In this document: positions 10,346 through 19,791 of the stretch, in pieces | Numbering within the stretch: position 1 is the stretch's first letter | How the letters are laid out: every line of letters starts with the position of its first letter | Assembly (NCBI GenBank): GCA_963775425.1 | Contig: CAVZJB010000011.1 | Location: forward strand, 352,001-416,000 | Length of the DNA stretch: 64,000 nt | Reading direction: 5' to 3' | Source of the DNA: an uncultured delta proteobacterium | Lineage (GTDB): Bacteria; Myxococcota; UBA727; VGSZ01 | Program-made: the position numbers and the translations under genes | Notes under the pieces: generated by a model | Database searches by the model: none | Told to the model about the DNA's origin: nothing | Seen by the model: only the letters and a program-made list of their open reading frames with translations

Positions 10346-11047
10346 ATGACTGTCGGACGGAGCGGATCGCATCACGCGGCGCACACCACGGCTCACACCG
10401 CCAGCCACCACGGGCCCGGTGGCCACCACGACCACCATCACCACGGCGTCCACGAGCATGAGGGGCGCTTCCACAAGGGCGAGGGTGCGCACGCGCTCTC
10501 GACGACGGGCAACACCCCGGGGCACGCCCACGCGCTGTCGACGAGCACCGGCAGGTTCGACGGTGGCATGCGCCAGGGCGACCGCTTCGTCCACAACGGC
10601 GGCTTCAACGGCGGCAACCCCGTCAGCAACAGTCGGCCGGTGAGCCTCGCGCCGCCGGCGATGCCGAGCTCCCCGAACATCAACGACAACGCCAACTTCG
10701 ACATCAACGACCTCCTCGCCGGCCTCTTCCCCGGCGGGCAGACGGACACAGGCACGCCGACGACGCCGCCGATGGCGACGCCACCGAGCCGCATCGTCCC
10801 CGCGGCGCCGCACGTCCCCACGGTGCCGCGCACGCCCAGCGCGCCGTCGGTGCCGTCGACCCCTCAGACCCCTTCGACGCCCACCAACCAGATCCCGCGC
10901 GACCCGCCGGAGCCGTCGTCGCCCCAGACGCCGCCGTCCACGACGCCGCTCCCGCACATCCCTCCGCCGACCGGCTCGCGCGACCCCGTCGTCAACGCGT
11001 CGCCCGGTCTGCGCAGGCTCACCCCGGTGCCCGGCCTCCCGCGCTGA
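10346..11047 (+). CDS. His-rich / Pro-Thr-rich low-complexity protein
   Basis: ATG after GAGGGG; GC3-rich codon use; HHAAH...GGHHDHHHHGVHEHE N-terminus, Pro/Thr/Ser-rich C-terminus. Confidence 0.6.
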   Translation: MTVGRSGSHHAAHTTAHTASHHGPGGHHDHHHHGVHEHEGRFHKGEGAHALSTTGNTPGHAHALSTSTGRFDGGMRQGDRFVHNGGFNGGNPVSNSRPVSLAPPAMPSSPNINDNANFDINDLLAGLFPGGQTDTGTPTTPPMATPPSRIVPAAPHVPTVPRTPSAPSVPSTPQTPSTPTNQIPRDPPEPSSPQTPPSTTPLPHIPPPTGSRDPVVNASPGLRRLTPVPGLPR

Positions 11048-11102
11048 GGCGGTGGCGGCCGCGTGACGGCCGGCGCGGCCGGACTCGCTGTATCGTGCGC
11101 AC

Positions 11103-13100
11103 GTGTACGCGCTGCTGCTCGTCGCGCTTGCGGCCGCCGCCCCCGTCGAGCTTTCCCTCGACCCGGCGACCCTCTCCCTCGAAGGGCACCTCGAGGTCCT
11201 CCACGACGACGCCCTCGCCCTGCGCTTCGACGACGCCGCGGCGTCGGGTGACTGGCGCGCGACGCCGCACCCGGCGACGGGCGGCCCCGTGGGCGCGCTC
11301 TGGCTGCGCGCCACCGTGCACAACCCGACGCGCGCGCCGCTCGACGTCTGGCTCGCGTCCGAGGACGAGACCGTGTGGCGCTTCGACGCCCGCGTCGACG
11401 GCGGCCCCGTGCGCTCGACGGGCCGCGCCCTCGCGGGGGCGGAGCGCTCGGTGCCCGCACGCAAGCCCGTGGTGGCGCTGCGCGTGCCGCCGGGGACGCA
11501 CGCGCTGCTCGCCCGCCTCGAGGCGCGGACGTCGCCGGCGCAGGCGGCCCTGACCATCGGCAGCCCCGCCGCGCTCAGCGCCGAGCTCGATCGCGACAGC
11601 CTCGTCCTCGGCGTCATGTACGGCGCGCTGCTCATCATGGCCGTGTACAGCTTGTTCCTGTCGGTGCTCGTGCGCGACCGCAAGCACGCGCTCTACGCGG
11701 CGTACGTCGCCAGCGTCATAGGCTGGCTCGCCTACACCGACGGCACGTTGCACTTCCTCGGCGTCACCGGCGACCTCGTCGGCTCGCAGCGCGTGTTCGT
11801 CGTCGTGTCGCACGCCGTCACGGTGCTCGTGATCCTCTTCGCCCGCAGCGTCCTCGAGACCTCGCGCCTGCCGCGCACCGACCGCGTCCTGCGCGCCGCC
11901 GCCTGGTCGATCGGCGCGCTCGCCGTCTGGGGCCTGTTGGCCCCGGGCTTCGCGCAGCTCACGGCGTTCGCGCTGGTGTCGCTCGCGGCCGTCCTCGTCG
12001 TCGTCGTGGCCGCGGCCCGCCGCTGGCGCGCCGGGTACTCGCCCGCCGCGTATTACCTGCTCGGGTGGCTGATGCTCTTCCTGCTGCTCGCGCCGCTCGC
12101 GGTCATCCAGCTCGGCGCCGGCGCCGGCCTGCCCATCTGGGCGTGGCCGCTCGGCTTCGTCATCGAGGTCGGCTTCGCCGCCGCCGCCATCGCCGAGCTC
12201 GCGCGCCTCGATCGCGCGCGCGTCGAAGCCCTCAACCGCGCGGGCACGCGCTTCGTCCCGTTCGAGTTCCTCTCGCTCCTCGGACACACCGACCTCACCG
12301 AGGTGCAAAAGGGCGACAACGTCGCGCAGGAGATGTCGATCCTGTTCTCGGACATCCGCTCGTTCACCACGCTCGTCGAGGGGCGCACGCCGGAGCAGAA
12401 CTTCGCCTTCATCAACGACTACCTGTCGTGGATGGAGCCGCCCATTCGCGAGCACGGCGGCTTCATCGACAGCTACGAGGGCGACGCGGTCATGGCGCTC
12501 TTCGCCGGTCGCGCCGACGACGCCGTCCGCGCGGGCATCGGCGACCTGCGCGCGCTCCACCGCTACAACGCCGAGCGCGCGGCGCGCGGCGAGCCCAGGA
12601 TCCGCATCGGCGTCGGCGTGAACACGGGCGCGCTCATGCTCGGCACCATCGGCGGCCGCGAGCGCATCAAGTGCGGCGTCATCGGTGACCCCGTCAACCT
12701 CGCCGCGCGCATCGAGGGGATGACCAAGCAGTACGGCGCGATGCAGCTCATCTCGAGCGACACCCGCGACCGCCTCGTCGAGCCCGGCGCGTTCACGCTG
12801 CGCGAGCTCGACACGGTGGTTGCCAAAGGGAAGTCGACGGCGGTGACGGTGCTCGAGGTGCTCGACGGCCTCGAGGACGAGGAGCGCGCCGCCAAGGTTG
12901 CGACGCGCGCGCGCTACGCCGAGGGCCTGGCGCTGTACCGCGCGGGCGAGCTCGCCGGTGCGCGCCCGTGCTTCGAGGACTGCGTTGGGGCCTGGGCCGG
13001 CGACACCGCCGCGTGCCTCCTCCTCGAGCGCATCGCCACGCTCGAGGCGGAGGGCGTGCCGCCGGACTGGAGCGGCACATGGACGCTGCGCACCAAGTAG
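11103..13100 (+). CDS. 7TMR-DISM sensor-type class III adenylate/guanylate cyclase
   Basis: Signal peptide, extracellular domain (LWLRATVHN), about 7 TM helices, SILFSDIRSFT, GDAVMALF, GVGVNTG, GDPVNLAARIEG. Confidence 0.92.
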   Translation: MYALLLVALAAAAPVELSLDPATLSLEGHLEVLHDDALALRFDDAAASGDWRATPHPATGGPVGALWLRATVHNPTRAPLDVWLASEDETVWRFDARVDGGPVRSTGRALAGAERSVPARKPVVALRVPPGTHALLARLEARTSPAQAALTIGSPAALSAELDRDSLVLGVMYGALLIMAVYSLFLSVLVRDRKHALYAAYVASVIGWLAYTDGTLHFLGVTGDLVGSQRVFVVVSHAVTVLVILFARSVLETSRLPRTDRVLRAAAWSIGALAVWGLLAPGFAQLTAFALVSLAAVLVVVVAAARRWRAGYSPAAYYLLGWLMLFLLLAPLAVIQLGAGAGLPIWAWPLGFVIEVGFAAAAIAELARLDRARVEALNRAGTRFVPFEFLSLLGHTDLTEVQKGDNVAQEMSILFSDIRSFTTLVEGRTPEQNFAFINDYLSWMEPPIREHGGFIDSYEGDAVMALFAGRADDAVRAGIGDLRALHRYNAERAARGEPRIRIGVGVNTGALMLGTIGGRERIKCGVIGDPVNLAARIEGMTKQYGAMQLISSDTRDRLVEPGAFTLRELDTVVAKGKSTAVTVLEVLDGLEDEERAAKVATRARYAEGLALYRAGELAGARPCFEDCVGAWAGDTAACLLLERIATLEAEGVPPDWSGTWTLRTK

Positions 13101-13178
13101 GGGCCCGATCGCTGGGGGCGCGCCGGTGACGACGCGGCGCGGGCGTCGTAGCGTCCGGCGCCAAGCACGAGGTGAGAG

Positions 13179-14030
13179 ATGATCCTGGTCGTAGGAGCCA
13201 CGGGACAGATCGGCGGTGAGCTCGTTCGCCTCCTCACGGCCGCGAACGCGGCTGTGCGCGCGCTGACGCGAGACCCGGAGAAGGCGGCGCACCTGCCCGC
13301 GGGCGTCGAGCGCGTGCGCGGCGATCTCGGGGCGCCGGAGACGCTCGCCGTGGCGTTCGCCGGCGTCGACAAGGCGTTCGTCATGGCGCACGCCACGCCG
13401 CACATGCAGGGGCACGTGAAGAACGCGGTGGCGGCGGCCAAAGGAGCCGGCGCGCGCCACATCGTCTTTCTCTCGAGCTACTCCGTCGAGCACCTGCCGT
13501 CGTCTGCCCTCGGCCGCTGGCACCGCGCCGGCGAGGACGAGGTGGCCGCCTCGGGCATCGACTTCACGTTCCTGCGCCCGGGCAACTTCGCGTCGAACGC
13601 CTTGCGCTGGGGCGAGACCATTCGCGCGCAGGGCGCCGTGTTCGACGCGAGCGCCGGCTCGCGCTCCGCGCCCATCGACCCGCGCGACATCGCCGCCGTC
13701 GCCGCGGCCGCGCTCACCTCCGACGGCCACGCGGGGAAGTCGTACACGCTGACGGGCCCGGAGGTGATGACGGCGCGCGAGCAGGTCGACGTCGTCGCGC
13801 GCGTGCTCGGCAAGCCGGTGCGCCACGTGCCGGTCCCCATCGAGGGGGCGCGCGCGGGGATGCTCAAGGGCGGCATGCCCGAAGTCATCGCGGACGCCGT
13901 GCTCGAGCTCGTGAAGGGCGGCGACAGCCTCGCCGAGCCGCTGTTGACCACGGCCGTGCGCGACGTCGCCGGCCGGGAGGCGCACACGTTCGAGACGTGG
14001 GCGCGCGACAACGTGCGCCACCTGGCGTGA
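13179..14030 (+). CDS. NmrA-like / atypical SDR NAD(P)H-binding protein
   Basis: MILVVGATGQIG Rossmann motif, FTFLRPGNF, IDPRDIA, YTLTGPE. Confidence 0.9.
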   Translation: MILVVGATGQIGGELVRLLTAANAAVRALTRDPEKAAHLPAGVERVRGDLGAPETLAVAFAGVDKAFVMAHATPHMQGHVKNAVAAAKGAGARHIVFLSSYSVEHLPSSALGRWHRAGEDEVAASGIDFTFLRPGNFASNALRWGETIRAQGAVFDASAGSRSAPIDPRDIAAVAAAALTSDGHAGKSYTLTGPEVMTAREQVDVVARVLGKPVRHVPVPIEGARAGMLKGGMPEVIADAVLELVKGGDSLAEPLLTTAVRDVAGREAHTFETWARDNVRHLA

Positions 14031-14077
14031 GCGCTCCCGCGGCGGGACGCGCGCGCGACGCGTGATAGGGTCGGCGG

Positions 14078-15694
14078 GTGCAGACGGGCGAGCGGCTCGG
14101 GGACTACGCGCTGCGGCGCGAGATCGGTGAAGGGGGCATCGCCGCCGTGTTCTTCGCCGAGGACGCGCGCGGCGCCGACGTCGTCATGAAGGTCCTGCGG
14201 CCGGAATTCGTCGCGCAGCCGGCGATGGTCTCGCTGTTCCTCGGCGAGCCGCGGGCGCTGCAGGCGGTGGAGCACGAAAACACCGTCGAGGTCACCGACG
14301 TCGTCGCCGACGCGCCGCGGCCGTACTTCGTCACGGAGCTCCTGCGCGGGCGCACGCTCTCGGAGCTGCTGAAGGGCGGACCCATCCCGTTGGCGCGGGC
14401 GCTGCGCATCGTGCGGCAGGTGGCGGTGGTGCTCGCGCACGCGCACGACGTCGACGTCGTGCACAGGAACCTGAAGCCGTCGAACGTCTTCCTCGTGCGC
14501 AAGGCCGGCAGGGCCGACTTCGTGAAGCTCCTCGAGCTCGGCGCCACGCGCATGCAGAGCCACGAGGGCAAGCCCGTGCCCGGCACCGTGATCGGGACGC
14601 CGGCGTACATGGCGCCCGAGCAGCTCCGCCAGACCGCGGGTGATCACCGCGTGGACATGTATTCGTTCGGCGTGTTGCTGTTCGAGCTCGTCGTCGGGCG
14701 CAAGCCGTTCGTCGGGGACCTCGCTGAGACCGTGCGCCAGCACCTCCTGGTGACGGCGCCGCGGGCGCGCTCGATGGCGCCCGACCTGCCGCAGGCCCTC
14801 GACGACCTCATCGCGCAGTGCCTCGAGAAGGACCCGGCGGCGCGGCCACCGTCGATGCACGAGGTGTCGCTCGCCCTCGGCGTCCTCGCCGACAACGCCG
14901 GCCCCGCGAAGGTGGGCGACGAGGGCCCAGGCGCGTCGGTCGCCGTTCCAAAGAACACCAGCGGCTTCACCACCGTGGCCGCGGACGTCACGGTGGCGCC
15001 GGCGGCGGTGTTCGACGACGAGGAGCCGAGCTTCCCGTCGGTCACCGACGAGATCCCGGCCGTGCGCGACACCGTGGAGGACAAGCCGGTGGTGAGCGTG
15101 CCACCGGCCGCCGTGGCGCCGTCGCGCCCGGCGCCCCCCATGGCGCCGATCGGCCGGCAGCGCGCGGGGGTGGCCGGCTTGCGCTGGCCCGTCGTCGCCG
15201 CGGCGCTCGTCGCCACCGCCGCCGTCGCCGGGGGGATCGGCGCCGCGGTGGCGTGGCGCGCGGCGTCCCCGTCGACGGTTCCCCCGGCGGCGGGGCAAGC
15301 GACGGACGGGCACCCCACGCAGGCGCCCTCGACGGCGGCGCCCCCCACGACGGCGCCCCCCACGACGGCGCCCCCCACGACGACGCCCCCCACGACGGCG
15401 CCCCCCACGACGGCGCCCCCCACGACGGCGCCCGACGCGCCCGGGGCCGCGGACGCCGCGGGTGGCTCCCCGTCGGAGCCGCTGGTCGCGTTCGACTCCG
15501 TGCCACGCCACGCGCAGGTGTGGATTCGCATGGACCACCGCATCCGGCTGCTCTGCAAGACGCCTTGCTCGTTCGCGCTGCCGGCGGGAAAGAAGATCCT
15601 CGTCGAGCTCCGACTGGACGGATACCGCAGCGCCCAGCGCACCCTCACCGTCGCCGAGGGCGCGCACTTCCGCGGCACGCTCCGCCCCCGCTGA
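14078..15694 (+). CDS. Membrane Ser/Thr kinase-like protein (probable pseudokinase) with C-terminal PEGA-like domain
   Basis: GEGGIAAV, VVMK, HRNLKPSN, VKLLELG, GTPAYMAPE; TM helix; FDSVPRHAQV...CKTPC...LDGY. Confidence 0.88.
   Translation: MQTGERLGDYALRREIGEGGIAAVFFAEDARGADVVMKVLRPEFVAQPAMVSLFLGEPRALQAVEHENTVEVTDVVADAPRPYFVTELLRGRTLSELLKGGPIPLARALRIVRQVAVVLAHAHDVDVVHRNLKPSNVFLVRKAGRADFVKLLELGATRMQSHEGKPVPGTVIGTPAYMAPEQLRQTAGDHRVDMYSFGVLLFELVVGRKPFVGDLAETVRQHLLVTAPRARSMAPDLPQALDDLIAQCLEKDPAARPPSMHEVSLALGVLADNAGPAKVGDEGPGASVAVPKNTSGFTTVAADVTVAPAAVFDDEEPSFPSVTDEIPAVRDTVEDKPVVSVPPAAVAPSRPAPPMAPIGRQRAGVAGLRWPVVAAALVATAAVAGGIGAAVAWRAASPSTVPPAAGQATDGHPTQAPSTAAPPTTAPPTTAPPTTTPPTTAPPTTAPPTTAPDAPGAADAAGGSPSEPLVAFDSVPRHAQVWIRMDHRIRLLCKTPCSFALPAGKKILVELRLDGYRSAQRTLTVAEGAHFRGTLRPR
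15332..15433. repeat. 15-bp coding tandem repeat (TTAPP)n, about 6-7 units
   Basis: ccccccacgacggcg repeated. Confidence 0.9.
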
Positions 15695-15751
15695 CGGCGT
15701 CGTCGGCGGCTCCGCGCGTCGCGCCGGAAAATACAGTAGAACCGGAGCGCC

Positions 15752-18700
15752 GTGCGCTCCCTCGCCGACGGACTCAGCGTCGCTCTCGACGTTCCGCGCT
15801 TCATCGCACGGCCCGCGCTGCGCGCCGCGTTGTGGCACGCGGTCTTCGTCGGCGCCGTCACCATCATCAAGAGCGGCACCAACGCGCTCTACCTCGCGCG
15901 CGAGGACCCCGCGCGCCTCCCGCTCCTGTACGTCGCCGTCGCCGTCGTCGTCCTCCTCGTCACCTCGGGGCTCGCCCGCCTCCTCGCGCGCCGCTCGCCC
16001 GCGCAGGTGCTCACCGTCGGCGTCATCGGCGCGGGCGTCGCCCTCATCGCAAGCACCGCCGCCGCCGCCGCCGGCCTCCCGGGCGCGGAGGCCGTCGTCT
16101 ACGTCGTCGGCGAGGCCGCCGCGACCACGGGCAGCGTCCTGTTCTGGGCCCGCGTGATGGACGCCTTCGCCGCGCGCGACAGCAAGAAGGTGGTCGGCCT
16201 CGTCGGCGCCGGCGGCATGTCGGGCGCCGCCGTCGGCGGCCTGCTCATTCGGCTCATCGCCGACAGCGCCGGCGTCGTCATCCCCATGATCGCCTCCGCC
16301 GTCGCCTTCATGGTCGCGCTGCCGCTCCTGCGCGCCCTCCGTTCGCGCGGGGAGCGCGTCGGCAGGAGCGACGCCGAGCTGCTCCCCGCGGTGCGCTACC
16401 TCGGCGGCCGCGGCTACCCCATCGCCGTCGCCACCCTCGTCGTGCTCCTCGCCGCCACCGGCGCCGCCACCGACTTCGTCTTCCGCACGGCCGTTGCGCA
16501 CGCGCACACGGAGACGGAGATGGCCGCGCTCTTCGGCACGCTGAACGCGGTGGTCGGCGTCGTCGTCGTGTTCTTCCAGGTGTCTTTGACCTCGCGCCTG
16601 CTGTCGCGCGTGGGCGTGTTCTCTTTCGTCGCCATCGTCCCCACGCTCCTCGTCGCCACCAGCGTCCTCGCCGTCGCGCTCCCCGGCGGCGGCTTCTCCA
16701 TCATCGTCGTCATGAAGGGCATCGAGATGGCCGGCGCCTACTCGCTCAACCAGACGGCGGTGTCGCTCCTGTACAACCCCATGCCCGGCGAGCTGCGCTC
16801 GCAGGTGCGCACGCTCATCGACGGCGCCATCAAGAAATCCGGGGCCGCCGGCGCCGGCCTCGTGCTCGGCGCCCTCGCCGCGTTCTTGCCGCTCCTCGTG
16901 GGGAGCTGGCTCGTGGCGCTGGCGGCCGGCGCCACGCTCGTGCTCTTGCCCATCCTGCGCACGCGCTACCTCGACGCCCTCGACGACAAGCTGGGCCAGC
17001 GAAAGAAGATCCGCCCGGGCCCCATCGATCCCTCGGACAAGGTCACGCGCACCGCGTTGCGCACCCTCCTGCTGGCGGACGACCCGGAGCGCGTGCTCGG
17101 CGCGCTCGGCGCGCTGGGGCCGCGCTACACGCTCACGACGGAGGAGATCGCGACGCTCGTCGAGAACAAGGACGAGCGCGTGCGCACCGCAGCGCTCAAG
17201 CACGTGCCGGTGGCGCCCGACGATGTGCTCACCGCGCGCCTCCTGCAGATCGCCAAGGCGCACGGGCCGCGACGTCCGCGGGCGGAGGCGGTGCGCGCCC
17301 TCGCGCGGCTGCAGGGCAAGAACGCGCCCGCGGTGATCGGGCAGTTCCTCGACGACGACGAGCCCGGCGTGGTGGCCGCCGCCCTCGAGGTGTCCTTGAA
17401 GGCGGCGCGCGACGCGGAGATCGAGCTCATCAAGGCGGGCGTCACCAACGACGACGAGGACACCATGACGGGCGCCCTCACCGCCAACATGCGCGCGCGC
17501 CACAAGCTCCAGAGCATCCTCGTCGACCTCCCCCAGCGCTCGCTCGCCTGGCGCCGCGAGATCGCTCGGCTCCTGGGGGCGCTCGACGACGCCCGCTACG
17601 ACGGCTTCCTCGCGCAGCTCATCGGCGACGACGACGCCACGGTTCGCTCGCTGGCCATCGACGCCGCCGGCCGCGAGCGCCACGCCGCCCACGTGCCCCT
17701 GCTCATCTCGCACCTCGGCGATCGGCGCGTGCGCGTGCAGGCGGCCCGCGCCCTCGCGCGCTACGGCGAGGACGGGGTGGAGCCGCTCAAGGCCGCCCTC
17801 GACGACCGCCAGCTCCCCTTGATGGTGCGCATCCACGTCCCCCGCGTCCTCGAGGCCGTGGGGACGGAGAGCGCGGCGCGCGCGCTCCTGTTTTCGAACC
17901 CCAGGGACGACGCCTACCTGCAGCAACGCATCGCGGCGTCGCTGGTGGGCATCGTCGCGTACGAGCCGGGGACCCCGGTGGACAAGAAGCGCACCGACGA
18001 GGCTATCGGGCGCCGCCTGGTGGCCTCCGCCGCGTACGACGACGCCCGCCGCGAGCTGGAGGCGGACCCGACGGCGGGGCTGTCGCTGCTGAAGCACGCG
18101 GTGCGCGATCGCTGTGCGCAAAACCTCAAGATCGCGCTCGACCTGCTCGGCATCCACCGCGGGCTCGCGCGCATGCAGACGGTGCACGCGGGGCTCGTGA
18201 GCGGCAAGGAGAGCGCCCGCCACGACGCCATCGAGCTGCTCGACGCGGCGCTCTCCGGGGACCCCCTGCGGGAAGATTTCCTGTCGCTTTTGGAGCGGAC
18301 CCCGAGGACGACCACGATCGATGACGCGCGCAAACGCGCGCTGAAGCTCTGTCGGTCCAAGGACCCCTTGCTGCGCGGCATCGCGCGCCGCACCATGCGC
18401 TTCCTCGGCGACGACTCGCCGGAGGTCTCGGGCACGTCGCCCGCCGTCGGCCCCGGCGCCGTGGAGCTCGAAGGAGAGGACATGCCCGAAAACCTCGTCG
18501 AGCGCCTGTTTCTCCTCGAGCACGTCGATCTGTTCGAGGGGCTGTCCACCGACGACCTCTCCGCCATCGCCTCCATCGCCACCGAGCACGCGCTGCCGGC
18601 GGGCTCGCCCCTGTACCAGGAGGGCGAGAGCGGCACCCAGCTCTACGTGATCATCGAGGGCGACGTGGAGCTGACGCGGGCGGGCCGCCACGTCATGAAG

Positions 18701-18952
18701 CTCCGGGCCGGCGAGAGCGCCGGGCAGGTGAGCTTCCTCGATCGCGGGCCGCGGCCGGTGACGGCGCGGGTGTCGGACAAGGCGCCGGCGCGGTTCCTCG
18801 TCGTCGAGCGCGACATCTTCATGGACCTGCTCGCCGACCGTCCGGGCTTGATGCACGCGTTCTTCGGGGTGCTCGCGGCCCGGCTGCGGACGCTCATCGA
18901 GCGCGACGCGGCGGACCCCGCGGGCCGGCGGCGGGTGCCTACATCCGTATAG
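15752..18952 (+). CDS. Npt1/Npt2 (TLC)-type nucleotide transporter fused to HEAT repeats and a cNMP-binding domain
   Basis: About 12 TM helices with K..E....YSLNQTAVSLLYNPMP..LRSQVRTLIDG, HEAT-like repeats, LFEGLS...YQEGESGTQLYVIIEGDV...GQVSFLDRGPRPVTA. Confidence 0.85.
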   Translation: MRSLADGLSVALDVPRFIARPALRAALWHAVFVGAVTIIKSGTNALYLAREDPARLPLLYVAVAVVVLLVTSGLARLLARRSPAQVLTVGVIGAGVALIASTAAAAAGLPGAEAVVYVVGEAAATTGSVLFWARVMDAFAARDSKKVVGLVGAGGMSGAAVGGLLIRLIADSAGVVIPMIASAVAFMVALPLLRALRSRGERVGRSDAELLPAVRYLGGRGYPIAVATLVVLLAATGAATDFVFRTAVAHAHTETEMAALFGTLNAVVGVVVVFFQVSLTSRLLSRVGVFSFVAIVPTLLVATSVLAVALPGGGFSIIVVMKGIEMAGAYSLNQTAVSLLYNPMPGELRSQVRTLIDGAIKKSGAAGAGLVLGALAAFLPLLVGSWLVALAAGATLVLLPILRTRYLDALDDKLGQRKKIRPGPIDPSDKVTRTALRTLLLADDPERVLGALGALGPRYTLTTEEIATLVENKDERVRTAALKHVPVAPDDVLTARLLQIAKAHGPRRPRAEAVRALARLQGKNAPAVIGQFLDDDEPGVVAAALEVSLKAARDAEIELIKAGVTNDDEDTMTGALTANMRARHKLQSILVDLPQRSLAWRREIARLLGALDDARYDGFLAQLIGDDDATVRSLAIDAAGRERHAAHVPLLISHLGDRRVRVQAARALARYGEDGVEPLKAALDDRQLPLMVRIHVPRVLEAVGTESAARALLFSNPRDDAYLQQRIAASLVGIVAYEPGTPVDKKRTDEAIGRRLVASAAYDDARRELEADPTAGLSLLKHAVRDRCAQNLKIALDLLGIHRGLARMQTVHAGLVSGKESARHDAIELLDAALSGDPLREDFLSLLERTPRTTTIDDARKRALKLCRSKDPLLRGIARRTMRFLGDDSPEVSGTSPAVGPGAVELEGEDMPENLVERLFLLEHVDLFEGLSTDDLSAIASIATEHALPAGSPLYQEGESGTQLYVIIEGDVELTRAGRHVMKLRAGESAGQVSFLDRGPRPVTARVSDKAPARFLVVERDIFMDLLADRPGLMHAFFGVLAARLRTLIERDAADPAGRRRVPTSV

Positions 18953-19031
18953 ATGAGACGCGAGGGCCGTCGGGTTTCCCATCCGCGCGGACTTGTGCGA
19001 AACCAGTGTCAGCTTCCGAGGGTGACGGGCG

Positions 19032-19745
19032 ATGACGACAGCGCGCGAGAAGCTCTACGAGGAGATGGTGGTCATCGTGGCCACGCCCGCGGGCCCCGGC
19101 GCCGACGCCGAGATGCGCAAGCTCATGTCGCGCTATCGCGTGCAGACCAAGCCCGGCGTCGACATCCCCCCCGGCACCACCGCGCGCGACGCGCTCGGTG
19201 AGCGCCTGCTCGGCTTGTGGCGATCGCCGCAGCCGGACCTGAACGCCAAGATCGGCAGCGCCATCGACGAGTTCCGCATGCAGCTCAAGTCGTCGTCGTC
19301 GCCGCCGTCGAAGGTGCCGCAGCCGAGCGCCGCGCGCCCGCGGCCGCCCGGGATGGGCCCGCCGGTGCCCGCCGTCGAGGACGACGACGATCGCCGCGCT
19401 CCCGCGCCGTCCGCGCCGCCGCCGCGCAACGACGGCGCGCGCGCGCCCGTGGCCGCGCTCGGCGTCGGCGACCCTCCGCCGCCGGCGCCCGCCGCGCGCA
19501 GGCCCGGACGCGCCGTCGCCGAGCCCGTCGCCGGCGGTCCGCGCAAGCGAGGGCGCACACGCGGCGAGTGCCCGAAGTGTCACTCGATGGGCGTCGTCCT
19601 CGCGCGCAGCTACTCCGGTGACGAGTACTTCAGCTGCATCTACTGCGGCTGGCAGGCATACAAGCCCACCGAAGACGACGATCCCAACGCCTCTCTCGCC
19701 GTCCGCTTGCTCGGCCAGTCGCCCAGCGAGACCTCGCGCGACTGA
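19032..19745 (+). CDS. Hypothetical protein with C-terminal Zn ribbon
   Basis: Helical N-domain, Pro-rich linker, CPKC...CIYC. Confidence 0.75.
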   Translation: MTTAREKLYEEMVVIVATPAGPGADAEMRKLMSRYRVQTKPGVDIPPGTTARDALGERLLGLWRSPQPDLNAKIGSAIDEFRMQLKSSSSPPSKVPQPSAARPRPPGMGPPVPAVEDDDDRRAPAPSAPPPRNDGARAPVAALGVGDPPPPAPAARRPGRAVAEPVAGGPRKRGRTRGECPKCHSMGVVLARSYSGDEYFSCIYCGWQAYKPTEDDDPNASLAVRLLGQSPSETSRD

Positions 19746-19791
19746 GCGCTCCCGACGTAGTCTCTGCTCGCACGACGACGAGGAGAGGCTC

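Noticed and set aside
11103-13100. Pycsar/CBASS-type anti-phage system
   Set aside because: The cyclase is a 7TM sensor type with no adjacent cNMP-TIR or cNMP-TM effector gene; no defence-island context
13478-18982. 1834-aa minus-strand ORF and other long antisense or alternate-frame ORFs (e.g. 11019-14021, 14818-18324, 22229-25444)
   Set aside because: Shadow ORFs typical of high-GC DNA: Arg/Gly/Ala-rich, no motifs, overlapping well-supported genes
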